NCBI GenBank assembly: GCA_964016885.1
Contig: OZ024740.1
Span: forward strand, 439,332,001 to 439,396,000
Length of the DNA stretch: 64,000 nt
From: Eledone cirrhosa
Lineage: Eukaryota
Direction: 5' to 3'
Made by a program: the position numbers and the translations under genes. The first letter of the stretch is position 1; each line of letters begins with the position of its first letter. Shown here in pieces: positions 38,353 to 53,400 of the stretch. The notes under the pieces are model-generated. The model ran no database searches and was not told where the DNA came from. It was given only the letters and a program-made list of their open reading frames with translations.

Positions 38353-38538
38353 TGTTTCTACTTTTAGCACAAGGGCAGCAATTACCCAGTACATTACTCG
38401 TACTTTATTTTATCGACCCCGTAAGGATGAAAGGCAAAGTTAACCTTGGCGCGATTTGAACTCAGAATGGCAAGGGGCGTAACTCTATGCGTCAAATCAT
38501 AGTGTCCGACCCTCTACCGATACTGCCAATCCACCGCC
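38353..38538 (-). mobile_element. Full-length tRNA-derived SINE with perfect TSD
   Basis: The reverse complement aligns to 30224-30408. Identical flanking repeat TTATATTGAATACTAATAAT at 38333-38352 and 38539-38558. Confidence 0.92.
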
Positions 38539-38809
38539 TTATATTGAATACTAATAATAATATTCGATTCGCAAGCAGACGGCCTCATTATGCTGTTTTG
38601 TTTGTGTAATCCGCTATGTTGGACCGAAAAATAAAATTCTGATTTTGTTTTGAAAATTTGATTATTTATTATTTTATAGGAATAAATCTAGAATTGTGTT
38701 ATCTTTACCATGAAGAGTATAGTGCTTTATTTACATGCTTCTTTTGAATAGATAAAACATCTTTCGAGAGTTTAAAATCGCTGAAAACTTTAGAAAATTG
38801 GAGATGGTG

Positions 38810-39099
38810 AAGACAGAAGACCGCTGGGCTGAATGCTTAATGGGTTCACTCTTTTCCAAATTCAAACTCCGCTGAGACTGACTTTAATTTTTAGATCTCC
38901 TGTGACTTTTTAAAGAAATACTAGTAATATAGCCAGAAGGCGACTAATTGGCGGGGTCGTTAGAACGTTAAATAGAAAGTTTTGTGGTATTTGTTCTGGC
39001 TGTCTGTGTGTTGACTCCAAACCTCGACGAAGTCAGCTTTGTCTTTCATTTGTTTTTAGGGCGATAAAAGAAATACCATTTCATTACTAGGGTCAATTG
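38810..39099 (+). mobile_element. Two adjacent degenerate SINE copies
   Basis: TTCAAACTCCGCTGAGACTGACTTT (38861-38885) and AAGGCGACTAATTGGCGGGGTCGTTAGAACG...GAAGTCAGCTTTGTCTTTCATT...GCGATAAAAGAAATACCA. Confidence 0.6.
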
Positions 39100-39643
39100 T
39101 TCCTCTATATCTTATTCTCCTTCCTGTTCTATCTCTACGACTCCATCAGGAGTTACGGATACATACATACTATCCCCAGGACAAATCAATTGACAATAAT
39201 ATCCCCAGGATAATTCAACTAACAATATATTTCTCCCCTAAATTTATTGTCCTGTTTTATATAAAATATCAGTAATATGTTGTGACCATTGACCACCCTC
39301 TACCCCCTCCTCCAATTGTGTTCGATCAAAATAAATCAATTATATATTACAATAGAAGAGTTACAGGTAGAGACTCCAACATAATTGTGAATTTTAATTT
39401 ATAATATATTTCTAACGAAATTCAAATGATATTTTACCACAGTTCACCTTGCTTTTGTTATCTCACTATCCTCTGCAGAGAAATGACTGGTCCACAGTTA
39501 TTTGATTCTTTAATGAATACATTGAAATTTTAAAAGTTGTTAAAATCTTCATTTTAGTTCTATTTAGAATGTCATAAACTAAAGTACATCTGATCTAAAT
39601 ACGTGCCACGAATGAAAGAATTATATTCCAAGAGATATATTGA

Positions 39644-39930
39644 GTTGATATATAGACGGTTTGATATATAGTCGGTTTGATATATAGAAGGTTTGATATA
39701 TAGAAGGTTTGATATATAGACGGTTTCATATATAGAATATTTCATATATAGAAGATTTCATATATAGAATATTTCATATATAGAAGGTTTCATATATAGA
39801 ATAGTTCATATATAGAAGGAATTTCCCGTATAGGTTTCATATATAGAAGGTCTGATATATAGATGTAACGTCCTGTATAAGTTTGATTTATAGAAGAGAT
39901 GTCCGGTTCAGGTTTGATATATAGAAAGGA
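39644..39930. repeat. 16-bp minisatellite ((G/C)ATATATAGAAGGTTT), decaying rightwards
   Basis: About 11 well-phased copies in 39647-39820, plus degenerate copies to ~39930. Confidence 0.88.
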
Positions 39931-40019
39931 TGTCCTGTAGAGGTGAAACATAAAAGGTGAGAACCAAATGTAAGTGAGAAGGGTATTAATTATATTTCAA
40001 GTACAGATTCTAGCTTTCC

Positions 40020-40310
40020 AAACTGTTCCCAGATTTGGCCGTATGCGACTTCTCGATGTTTCCGAAGCCGAGGGAGAAACTGAGGGGTATCTATTTTGAT
40101 GATGTGGAGGAGATGAAGGATGTTGTGCCAAGCACACTGGACACCTTCACTTTGGAGGACTACAATTTTGACTTCCAGAAGTGGCTGGGGCGCTACAACA
40201 TGTACTTTGAAGTTGGAGGATCCTACTGTGAGGGAGACTAGAGTTTTGTGTTGATCTCAGTTAAATATCTCTTTGATGAACGTTTCAAAACCTCTTGAGA
40301 GTATTTCGTA
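40020..40310 (+). mobile_element. Tc1/mariner transposase C-terminal fragment with 3' terminus
   Basis: FPDLAVCDFSMFPKPREKLRG..FDDVEE...FQKWLGRY....EVGGSYCEGD* corresponds to the mariner YSPDLAPxD motif and C-terminal W..R...C....G.YFE pattern. It ends in a TIR-like ...TTCGTA. Confidence 0.85.
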
Positions 40311-41454
40311 TATTAATAAACTAACATGGTATTAATAGTAGTAGAACAAATGCAAAACTGGACTTCTTCATTTAATTCCACATTCACTAATTTAATACTT
40401 TACTTTGAAATGTCTTAAAAATTCCTAGAAACCAAACAAATTGTTTTTGTAAAATATATTATCGGGTGTGAAGACTATATCCTCGCCTGTTGAAATCAAT
40501 AAGAAAACATTATTTTTGTAGCGGATGTTATGATTGGTGGAGAGTGATGCAATGTTGAAGACTTGCTTAATAAAAGAGCCATCAAACGCTTGTGTATTAG
40601 AAGTACATATCTATAAAATAGAAAACTTAACATTTGGGAATTCCCTCTAGCTGTGGAATATTAAACAGAATTTCATTAATTGACGCTGCAATATAGTTTT
40701 TGGACAAAGTACAATTCCATTTAAGAGTCACGAATGCAGTTTATTAGCAAAACAGAAATATTTCATAAACCGCATTGCAAATTACAATTGAATATATCAA
40801 TAGATAAATGTTTGAAAAGATAAATTCCCAAAGTGTTTTGCAAAAATACCGAGAGGGACGTCGAATTAAGTCTCACAGTCCGATGGAGTATGGTAAAATT
40901 CAGTAGCGTTGCATAAATGATCGGTATCATTTCTCCTAGGAGATCATGTTGAAAACATTTAAAATGCACAACTGTGGTTTTAAGGATAACAGAGGAGACT
41001 AACAGTGAGGCTTTGGGGAAAATATATTGCACCTATTTCTTTATTTCTCATCTTTTGTGCTTTTTCAGGATTAAATCGATTTTGTAACAGGTCCAGACTG
41101 AAGTAGAGTAAGTGATGATTGAATATCTCTATATTGACTTGGATGATACGAGAACTGTTAGTGTACTCAATACGTTCGGAATGAGATTCACTTCGTTTAA
41201 TATCGAATCGAGTATATTTTACCCATTTCCAACTCCGCGATTATATCATCGGAGGAAGAGATAAAGATACAATCATTACTTTCTGTAAACTTCAATTTAT
41301 AGATCTCTGGAAATTGATTTGTCTTGAAAATGGCTCCAAACAGAAGAAGAGAAAAAACGAATTTTAAAATGTTTTATTTTAAGAACAAAAGAAAAAAACT
41401 TTTATCAACTTTCAATCGATAGAATTTGCTTTAGCTATTGTACACAATTATGGT

Positions 41455-44400
41455 TATTATATAAACAACAGACGATATAGACAACAGATGATATAGACAA
41501 AAGATGATATAGACAACAGATGATATAGACAACAGATAATATAGACAACAGATGATATTGACAACAGATGATATAGGCAACAGATGATATAGACAACACA
41601 TGATATAGACAGCAGATGATATAGACAAAAGTTGATATAGACAACAGAGGATATAGACAACACATGATATAGACAACAGATGATATAGAAAACACATGAT
41701 ATACACAAAACATGATATAGATAATAGATGATATAGACAACAGATGATATAGACAACAGATGAATAGATAACAAATGATATAGACAACAGATGATATAGA
41801 CAACAGATGATAGAGACAACAGATGATATAGGCAACATATGATATAGACAAAATGTGATATAGACAACACATGATATAGACAAATGATGATATAGACAAT
41901 GGTGATAGAGACAACAGATTATATAGGCAACATATGATATAGACAACATATGATATAGACAACACATCATATAGACAACAGATGATATAGACAACAAATG
42001 ATAGAGACAACAGATGATACAGGCAACATATGATATAGACAACAGATGAAATAGACAACAGATGATATAGACAACACCTGATATAGACAAAAGATGATAT
42101 AGACAACAGATGATATAGACAACAGATGATATAGACATCACCTGATATAGACAACACCTGATATAGACAACAAATGATATAGACAACACATGATATAGAC
42201 AACAGATTATATAGACTACATATGTTATAAACACCATATGATATAAACAACAGATGATATAGACAACAGATAATATAGACAACAGTTGATATAGACAACA
42301 GATGATATTGACAACAGATGATAGAGGCAAAATATGATATAGACAACAGATGATATAGACAACAGATGATATAGACAGCAGATGATATAGACAACAGTTG
42401 ATATGGACAAGAGTTGATATAGACAACAAATGATATAGACAACATATGATATAGATAATATATGATATAATCAACAGATGATATAGACAACAGATGATAT
42501 AGACAACAGATGAATAGACAACAAATGATATAGATAACAGATGATATCGACAACAGATGATATAGACAACACATGATATAAACAATAGATGATATAGACA
42601 TCAGATGATATAGACAACAGTTGATATAGACAACAGATCATATAGACATCACCTGATATAGACAATACCTGATATAGACAACAGACGATATAGACGACAC
42701 ATGAAATAGACAACAGATGATATAGATTACATATGATGTAGACAACAGATGATATAGACAACAGATGTTATAGACAACACATGATATAGATAATAGATGA
42801 TATAGGCAACAGATGATATAGACAACAGATGATATAGACAATAGATGATATAGACAACAGATGATAAAACAACAGTTGATATAGACAACACATGATATAG
42901 ACAATAGATTATATAGACAACAGATGATATAGACAACAGTTGATATAGACAACATATGATATAGACAACAGATGATATAGACAACACTTGATATAGACAA
43001 GACATGTATAGATAATAGATGATACAGGCAACATATGATATAGACAACACATGATATAGACAACAGTTGATATAGACAACAGCGGATATAGACAACACAT
43101 GATATAGACAACACATGATATACATAATAGATTATATAGACAACATATGATATATGCAACAGATCATATAGACAACAGATGAAATAGACAACACATGATA
43201 TGGACAAAAGTTGATATAGCCAACAGTTGATATAGACAACAGAGGATATAGACAACAGATAATATTGACAACACATGATATAGACAACATATGAATAGAC
43301 AACAGATGATATAGACAACAGATGATATAGACAACACATGATTTACACAACAGATGAATAGACAACAGATGATATAGACAACACATGATATAGACAACAC
43401 ATGATTTAGACAACAGATGATATAGACAACAGATGATATAGACAACAGATGAATAGACAACAAATGATATAGACAACAGATGAATAGACAACAAATGATA
43501 TAAACAACAGATGATGTAAACAACAGATGATATAGACAACAGATAATAGAGACAACAGATGATATAGACTACATATGATATAGACAACATATGATATAGA
43601 CAACAGATGATATAGACAAGACATGATATAGATAATAGATTATATAGGCAACAGATGATATAGCAATAGATGATATAGACTACAGATGATATAACAACTG
43701 ATGATATAGACAACACATGATATAGACAATAGATTATACAGACAACATACGATATAGACAACAGTTGATATAGACAACAGATGATATAGACGACAGATGA
43801 CATAGACAACAGATGATATAGACTAGAGTTGATATAGACACCAAATGATATAGACAACACCTGATATAGACAACACATGATATATACAACAGAATATATA
43901 GACAACAAATGATATAGACAAAACCTGATATAGACAACACATGATATAGACAACAGATGATATAGACTACAGACGATATAATAATAGATGATATAGACAA
44001 CACATGATATAGACAATAGATTATATAGACAACAGACGATATAGACAACACTTGATATAGACAACAGATGATATAGACAACAGATGATATAGACAACAGA
44101 TGATATAGACTACAGATGATATAGACAACAAATGATATAGACAACACCTGATATAGACAACACATGATATATACAAGAGATGATATAGACAACAAATGAT
44201 ATAGACAAAACCTGATATAGACAACATATGATATATACAACAGATGATATAGACAACAAATGATATAGACAACACATGATATAGACAACACAGGATATAG
44301 ATAATAGATGATATAGACAACAGATGATATAGAAAACAGATGATATAGACAACAAATGAATAGACAACAAATGATATAGACAACAGATGAAATAGACAAC

Positions 44401-47400
44401 AGATGATATAGACAACAGATGATATAGACAACAGATGATAGAGACAACAGATGATATAGGCAACATATGATATAGACAAAATGTGATATAGACAACACAT
44501 GATATAGACAACAGATGATATAGACAATGGTGATAGAGACAACAGATGATATAGGCAACATATGATATAGACAACAGATGATATAGACAACACATCATAT
44601 AGACAACAGATGATATAGACAACAGATGATAGAGACAACAGATGATACAGGCAACATATGATATAGACAACAGATGAAATAGACAACAGATGATATAGAC
44701 AACACCTGATATAGACAACAGATGATATAGACAACAGATGATATAGACAACAGATGATATAGAGATAACCTGATATAGACAACACCTGATATAGACAACA
44801 AATGATATAGACAACACATGACATAGACAACAGATTATATAGACTACATATGTTATAAACACTAGATGATATAAACAACAGATGATATAGACAACAGAAA
44901 ATATAGACAACAGTTGATATAGACAACAGATGATATTGACAACAGATGATATAGACAACATATGATATAGATAATATATGATATAGACAACAGATGATAT
45001 AGACAACAGATGATAGAGACAACAGATGATATAGGCAACATATGATATAGACAAAAGATGATATAGACAACAGATAATATAGGCAACAGATGATATAGAC
45101 AACAGATGATATAGACAACACATGATATAGACAGCAGATGATATAGACAACAGTTGATATAGACAACAGAGTATATAGACAACACATGATATAGACAAAA
45201 CATGATATAGACAACACATGATATAGATAATAGATGATATAGACAACATATGATATAGGCAACAGATCATATAGACAACAGATGAAATAGACAACACATG
45301 ATATAGACAAAAGTTGATATAGCCAACAGTTGATATAGACAACAGAGGATATAGACGACACATAATATTGACAACACATGATATAGACAACAGATGAATA
45401 GACAACACATGATATACAAAACAGATGAATAGACAAAGACAACAGATGAATAGACAACAAATGATATAGGCAACATATGATATAGACAACAGATGATATA
45501 GACAACAGATGATAGAGACAACAGATGATATAGGCAACATACGATATAGACAACAGAAGATATAGACAACACATGATACAATCAATAGATGATATAGACA
45601 GCAGATGATATAGACAAGAGTTGATATAGACAACATATGATATAGACAACAGATGATATAGACATCACCTGATATAGACAATACCTGATATAGACAACAG
45701 ATGATATAGACAACACAGGATATAGACAACAGATGATATAGACAACAGATGATATAACAACAGATGATATAGACAACACATGATATAGACAATAGTTTAT
45801 ATAGACAACAGACGATATAGACACCAGTTGATATAGACAACAGATGATATAGACAACAGATGATATAGACAACAGATTATATAGACTACAGATGATATAG
45901 ACAACAAATGATATAGACAATACCTGATATAGACAACACATGATATAGATAATAGATGATATAGACAACAGATGATATAGGCAACAGATGATATAGACAA
46001 CAGATGATATAGACAACACATGATATAGACAGCAGATGATATAGATAACAGTTGATAGAGACAACAGATGATATAGTCAACACATGATATAGACAACAAA
46101 TGATATAGAAAACAGATGATATAGACAACACATGATATAGATAATAGATGATATAGACAACAGATGATATAGACAACAGATGATATAGACAACAGATGAT
46201 AGAGACAACAGATGATATAGGCAATGGTGATAGAGACAACAGATTATATAGGCAACATATGATTTAGACAAAAGATGACATAGACAACACAAGATATAGA
46301 CAACAGATGATATAGACAGCAGATTATATAGACAACAGTTGATATAGACAACAAATGATATAGACAACAGATGATATAGATAACAAATGATATAGACAAC
46401 AGCTGATATAGACAACAGATGATAGAGACAACAGATGATATAGGCAACATATGATAGAGACAAAAGATGCTATAGACAACACATGATATAGACAACAGAT
46501 GATATAGACAATGGTGATAGAGACAACAGATTATATAGGCAACATATGATTTAGACAAAAGATGACATAGACAACACAAGATATAGACAACAGATGATAT
46601 AGACAGCAGATTATATAGACAACAGTTGATATAGACAACAAATGATATAGACAACAGATGATATAGACAACAGATGATATAGACAACAGATGTTATAGAC
46701 AACACATGATATAGATAATAGATGATATAGGCAACAGATGATATAGACAAAAGATGATATAGACAATAGATGACATAGACTACAGATGATAAAACAACAG
46801 ATGATATAGACATCACATGATATAGACAATAGATTATATAGACAACAGATGATATAGACAACAGTTGATATAGACAACAGATGATATAGACAACAGATGA
46901 TATAGACAACACTTGATATAGACAAGACGTGTATAGAAAATAGATGATACAGGCATCAGATGATAGAGACAACAGATGACGTAGACAACACATGATATAG
47001 ACGACACATGATATAGAAAACAGTTAATATAGACAACAGTTGATATAGACAACAGAGGATATAGACAACACATAATATTGACAACACATGATATAGACAA
47101 CATATGAATAGACAACAGATGATATAGACAACAGATGATATAGACAACACATGATATACACAACAGAAGAATAGACAACAGCTGATATAGACAACACATG
47201 ATATAGACAACACATGATTTAGACAACAGATGATATAGACAACAGATGATATAGACAACAGATGAATAGACAACTAATGATATGGGCAACAGATGATATA
47301 GACAACAAATGATATAGACAACAGATGATAGAGACAACAGATGATACAGGCAACATACGATATAGACAACAGATGATATAGACAACACATGATATAATTA

Positions 47401-50400
47401 ATAGATGATATAGACAGCAGATGATATAGACAACAGTTGATATAGACAACATATGATATAGACAACAGATGATATAGACATCACCTGATATAGACAATAC
47501 CTGATATAGACAACAGATGATATAGACAACATAGGATATAGACAACAGATGATATAGACTACATATGATATAGACAACAGATGAAATAGACAACAGATGA
47601 TATAACAACAGATGATATAGACAACACTTGATATAGACAAGACATGTATAGATAATAAATGATATAGGCAACATATGATATAGACAAAACATGATATAGA
47701 TAACAGTTGATATAGACACCAGCGGATATAGACAACACCTCATATAGACAACACATGATATAGATAATAAATGATATAGACAACAGATGATATAGACAAC
47801 ATATGACGTAGACAACACATGATATAGACGACACATGATATAGACAACAGTTAATATAGACAACAGTTGATATAGACAACAGATAATATAGACAACAGAT
47901 GATATTGACAACAGATGATATAGGCAACAGATGATATAGACAACAGAGGATATAGACAACACATGATATAGACAACACATGATATAGACAACACATGATA
48001 TATATAATAGATGATATAGACAACAGATGATATAGGCAACAGATCATATAGACAACAGATGAAATAGACAACACATGATATAGACAAAAGTTGATATAGC
48101 CAACAGTTGATATAGACAACAGAGGATATAGACAACACATAATATTGACAACACATGATATAGACAACAGATGAATAGACAACAGATGATATAGACAACA
48201 GATGTTATAGACAACACATGATATACACAACAGTTCAATAGACAACAGATGATATAGACAACACATGATATAGACAACACATGATTTAGACAACAGATGA
48301 TATAGACAACAGATGATATATACAACAGATGAATAGACAACAAATGATATAGGCAACAGATGATATAGACAACAGATGATAGAGACAACATATGATATAG
48401 GCAACATACGATATAGACAAGAGATGATATAGACAAAACATGATATAATCAATAGATGATATAGACAGCAGATGATATAGACAACAGTTGATATAGACAA
48501 CATATGATATAGACAACAGATGATACAGACATCACCTGATATAGACAATACCTGATATAGACAACAGATGATATAGACAACACAGGATATAGACAACAGA
48601 TGATATAAACAACAGATGATTTAACAACAGATGATATAGACAACACATGATATAGACAATAGTTTATATAGACAACAGGCGATATAGACAACAGTTGATA
48701 TAGACAACAGATGATATAGACAACAGATGATATAGACAACCGATTATATAGACTACAGATGATATAGACAACAAATGATATAGACAACACCTGATATAGA
48801 CAACACATGATATAGATAATAGATGATATAGACAACAGATGATATAGGCAACAGATGATATAGACAACAGATGATATAGACAACAGATGATATAGACAGC
48901 AGATGATATAGACAACAGTTGATATAGACAACAGAGGATATAGTCAACACATAATATAGACAACAGATGATATAGAAAACAGATGATATAGACAACACAT
49001 GATATAGATAATAGATGATATAGACAACAGATGATATAGACAACAGATGATACAGACAACATATGAATAGATAACAAATGATATAGACAACATATGATAT
49101 ATACAACAGATGATAGAGACAACAGATGATATAGGCAACATATGATATAGACAACAGATGCTATAGACAACACATGATATAGACAACATATGATATAGAC
49201 AATGGTGATAGAGACAGCAGATTATATAGGCAACATATGATATAGACAAAAGATGATATAGACATCACATGATATAGACAGCAGATTATACAGACAACAG
49301 TTGATATACACAACAAATGATATAGACAACAGATGATATAGACAACACATGATATAGACAACAGATGATATCGACAACAGATGATATAGACAACACATGA
49401 TATAGAAAACAGATGATATAGATAATAGATGATATAGACAACAGATGATATAGTCAACAGATGACATAGACAAAAGATAATATAGACAACAGTTGATATA
49501 GACAACAGATAATATAGACAACAGTTGATATAGACAACAGATAATATAGACAACAGATGATATTGACAACAGATGATATAGGCAACAGATCATATAGACA
49601 ACAGATGATATAGACAACACATGATATAGACAACACATGATATAAACAGCAGATGATATAGACAACATTTGATATAGACAACAGAGGATATAGACAACAC
49701 ATGATATAGACAACACATGATATAGATAACACATGATATAGATAATAGATGATATAGACAACTGATGATATAGGCAACAGATCATATAGACAACAGATGA
49801 AATCGACAACACATGATATAGACAAAAGTTGATATAGCAAACAGTTAATATAGACAACAGAGGATATAGACAACACATAATATTGACAGCAGATGATATA
49901 GACAACAGTTGATATAGACAACAGAGGATATAGACAACACATGATATAGACAACACATGATATAGACAACACATGATATAGATAATAGATGATATAGACA
50001 ACAGATGATATAGGCAACAGATCATATAGACAACAGATGAAATAGACAACACATGATATAGACAAAAGTTGATATAGCCAACAGTTGATATAGACAACAG
50101 AGGATATAGACAACACATAATATTGACAACACATGATATAGACAACAGATGAATAGACAACAGATGATATAGACAACAGATGATATAGACAACACATGAT
50201 ATACACAACAGATGAATAGACAACAGTATATAGACAACACATGATATAGACAACACATGATTTAGACAACAGATGATATAGACAACAGATGATATAGACA
50301 ACAGATGAATAGACAACAAATGATATAGGCAACAGATGATATAGACGACAGATGATATAGACAACAGATGATATAGACAACAGATGATATAGGCAACATA

Positions 50401-53400
50401 CCATATAGACAACAGATGATATAGACAACACATGATATAATCAATAGATGATATAACAGCAGATGATATAGACAACAGTTGATATAGAGAACATATGATA
50501 TATATAATAGATGATATAGACAACAGATGATATAGGCAACAGATGATATGGCAACAGATGATATAGACAACACATGATATAGACTGAAGATGATATAGAC
50601 AACAGTTGATATAGACAACATAGGATATAGTCAACACATAATATAGACAACAGATGATATAGAAAACAGATGATATAGACAACACATGATATATATAATA
50701 GATGATATAGTCAACAGATGATATAGACAACATATGATATAGACAACAGATGAATAGATAACAAATGATATAGACAACAGATGATATAGACCACAGATGA
50801 TAGAGACAACAGATGATATAGTCAACATATGATATAGACAACAGATGCTATAGACAACACATGATATAGACAACAGATGATATAGACAATGGTGATAGAG
50901 ACAACAGATGATATAGGCAACATATGATATAGACAAAAGATGATATAGACAACACATGATATAGACAACAGATGATATAGACAGCAGATGATATAGACAA
51001 CAGTTGATATAGAAAACAAATGATATAGACAACAGATGATATAGACAACACATGATATAGATAGCAGATGATATAGACAACAGATGAATAGACAACAAAT
51101 GATATAGACAACACATGATATAGACAACAGTTGATATAGACAACAGTTGATATAGACAACAGAGGATATAGGAAACAGATGATATAGACAACACATGATA
51201 TAGACAACACATGATATAGACAACAGATGAATAGACAACAGATGATATAGACAACACATGATATAGACAACACATGATTTAGACAACAGATGATATAGAT
51301 AGCAGATGATATAGACAACAGATGAATAGACAACAAATGATATAGACAACAGATGATATAGACAACAGATGATATAGACAACAGATGATAGAGACAACAG
51401 AAGATATAGGCAACATACGAAATAGACAACAGATGATATAGACAACAGATCATATAGACATGACCTGTTATAGACAATACCTGATATGGACAACAGACGA
51501 TATAGACGACACATGAAATAGACAACAGATGATATAGATTACATATGATGTAGACAACAGATGATATAGACAACAGATGTTATAGACAATACATGATATA
51601 GATAATAGATGATGTAGGCAACAGATGATATAGACAATAGTTGAAATAGACAATAGATGATATAGACAACACATGATATAGACAATAGATTATATAGACA
51701 ACAGATGATATAGACAACAGTTGATATAGACAACAGATGATATAGACAACAGATGATATAGACAAGACATGTATAGATAATAGATGACACAGGCAACATA
51801 TGATATAGACAACACATGATATAGACAACAGTTGATATAGACACCAATGGATATAGACAACACATGATATAGACAACACATGATATAGATAATAGATGAT
51901 ATAGGCAACAGATGATATAGACAACAGATGACGTAGACAACACATGATATAGACGACACATGATATAGACAACAGTTAATATAGACAACAGTTGATATAG
52001 ACAACAGATAATATAGACAACAGATGATACTGACAACAGATGAAATAGTCAACAGATGATATAGACAACAGATGATATAGACAACACATGATATAGACAG
52101 CAGATGATATAGACAACAGTTGATATAGACAACAGAGGATATAGACAACACATGATATAGACAACACATGATATAAACAACACATGATATAGATAATAGA
52201 TGATATAGACAACTGATGATATAGGCAACAGATAATATAGACAACAGATGAAATAGACAACACATGATATAGACAAAAGTTGATATAGCAAACAGTTAAT
52301 ATAGACAACAGAGGATATAGACAACACAAAATATTGACAGCAGATGCTATAGACATCAGATGATATAGACAACAGATGAAATAGACAACAGATAATATAG
52401 ACAACATATGATATAGGCAACAGATCATATAGACAACAGATGATATAGACAACACATGATATAGACAAAACATGATATAGACAGCAGATGATATAGACAA
52501 CATTTGATATAGACAACAGAGGATATAGACAACACATGATATAGACAACACATGATATAGATAATAGATGATATAGACAACTGATGATATAGGCAACAGA
52601 TCATATAGACAACAGATGAAATAGACAAAACATGATATAGACAAAAGTTAATATAGCAAACAGTTAATATAGACAACAGAGGATATAGACAACACATAAT
52701 ATTGACAGCAGATGATATAGACAACAGTTGATATAGACAACAGAGGATATAGACAACACATGATATAGACAACACATGATATAGACAAAACATGATATAG
52801 ATAATAGATGATATAGACAACAGATGATATAGGCAACAGATCATATAGACAACAGATGAAATAGACAACACATGATATAGACAAAAGTTGATATAGCCAA
52901 CAGTTGATATAGACAATAGAGGATATAGACAACACATAATATTGACAACACATGATATAGACAACAGATGAATAGACAACAGATGATATAGACAACAGAT
53001 GATATAGACAACACATGATATACACAACAGATGAATAGACAACAGTATATAGACAACACATGATATAGACAACACACGATTTAGACAACAGATGATATAG
53101 ACAACAGATGATATAGACAACAGATGAATAGACAACAAATGATATAGGCAACAGATGATATAGACGACAGATGATATAGGCAACATACCATATAGACAAC
53201 AGATGATATAGACAACACATGATATAATCAATAGATGATATAGACAGCAGATGATATAGACAACAGTTGATATAGACAACATATGATATATATAATAGAT
53301 GATATAGACAACAGATGATATAGGCAACAGATGATATGACAACAGATGATATAGACAACATATGATATAGACTGCAGATGATATAGACAAAAGTTGATAT

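Noticed and set aside
38200-41030. Other candidate coding exons (38235-38303, from 38680, from 40940, ORF 40763-41032)
   Set aside because: They have stops in plausible frames or lack paired splice sites, and show no recognisable protein motifs.
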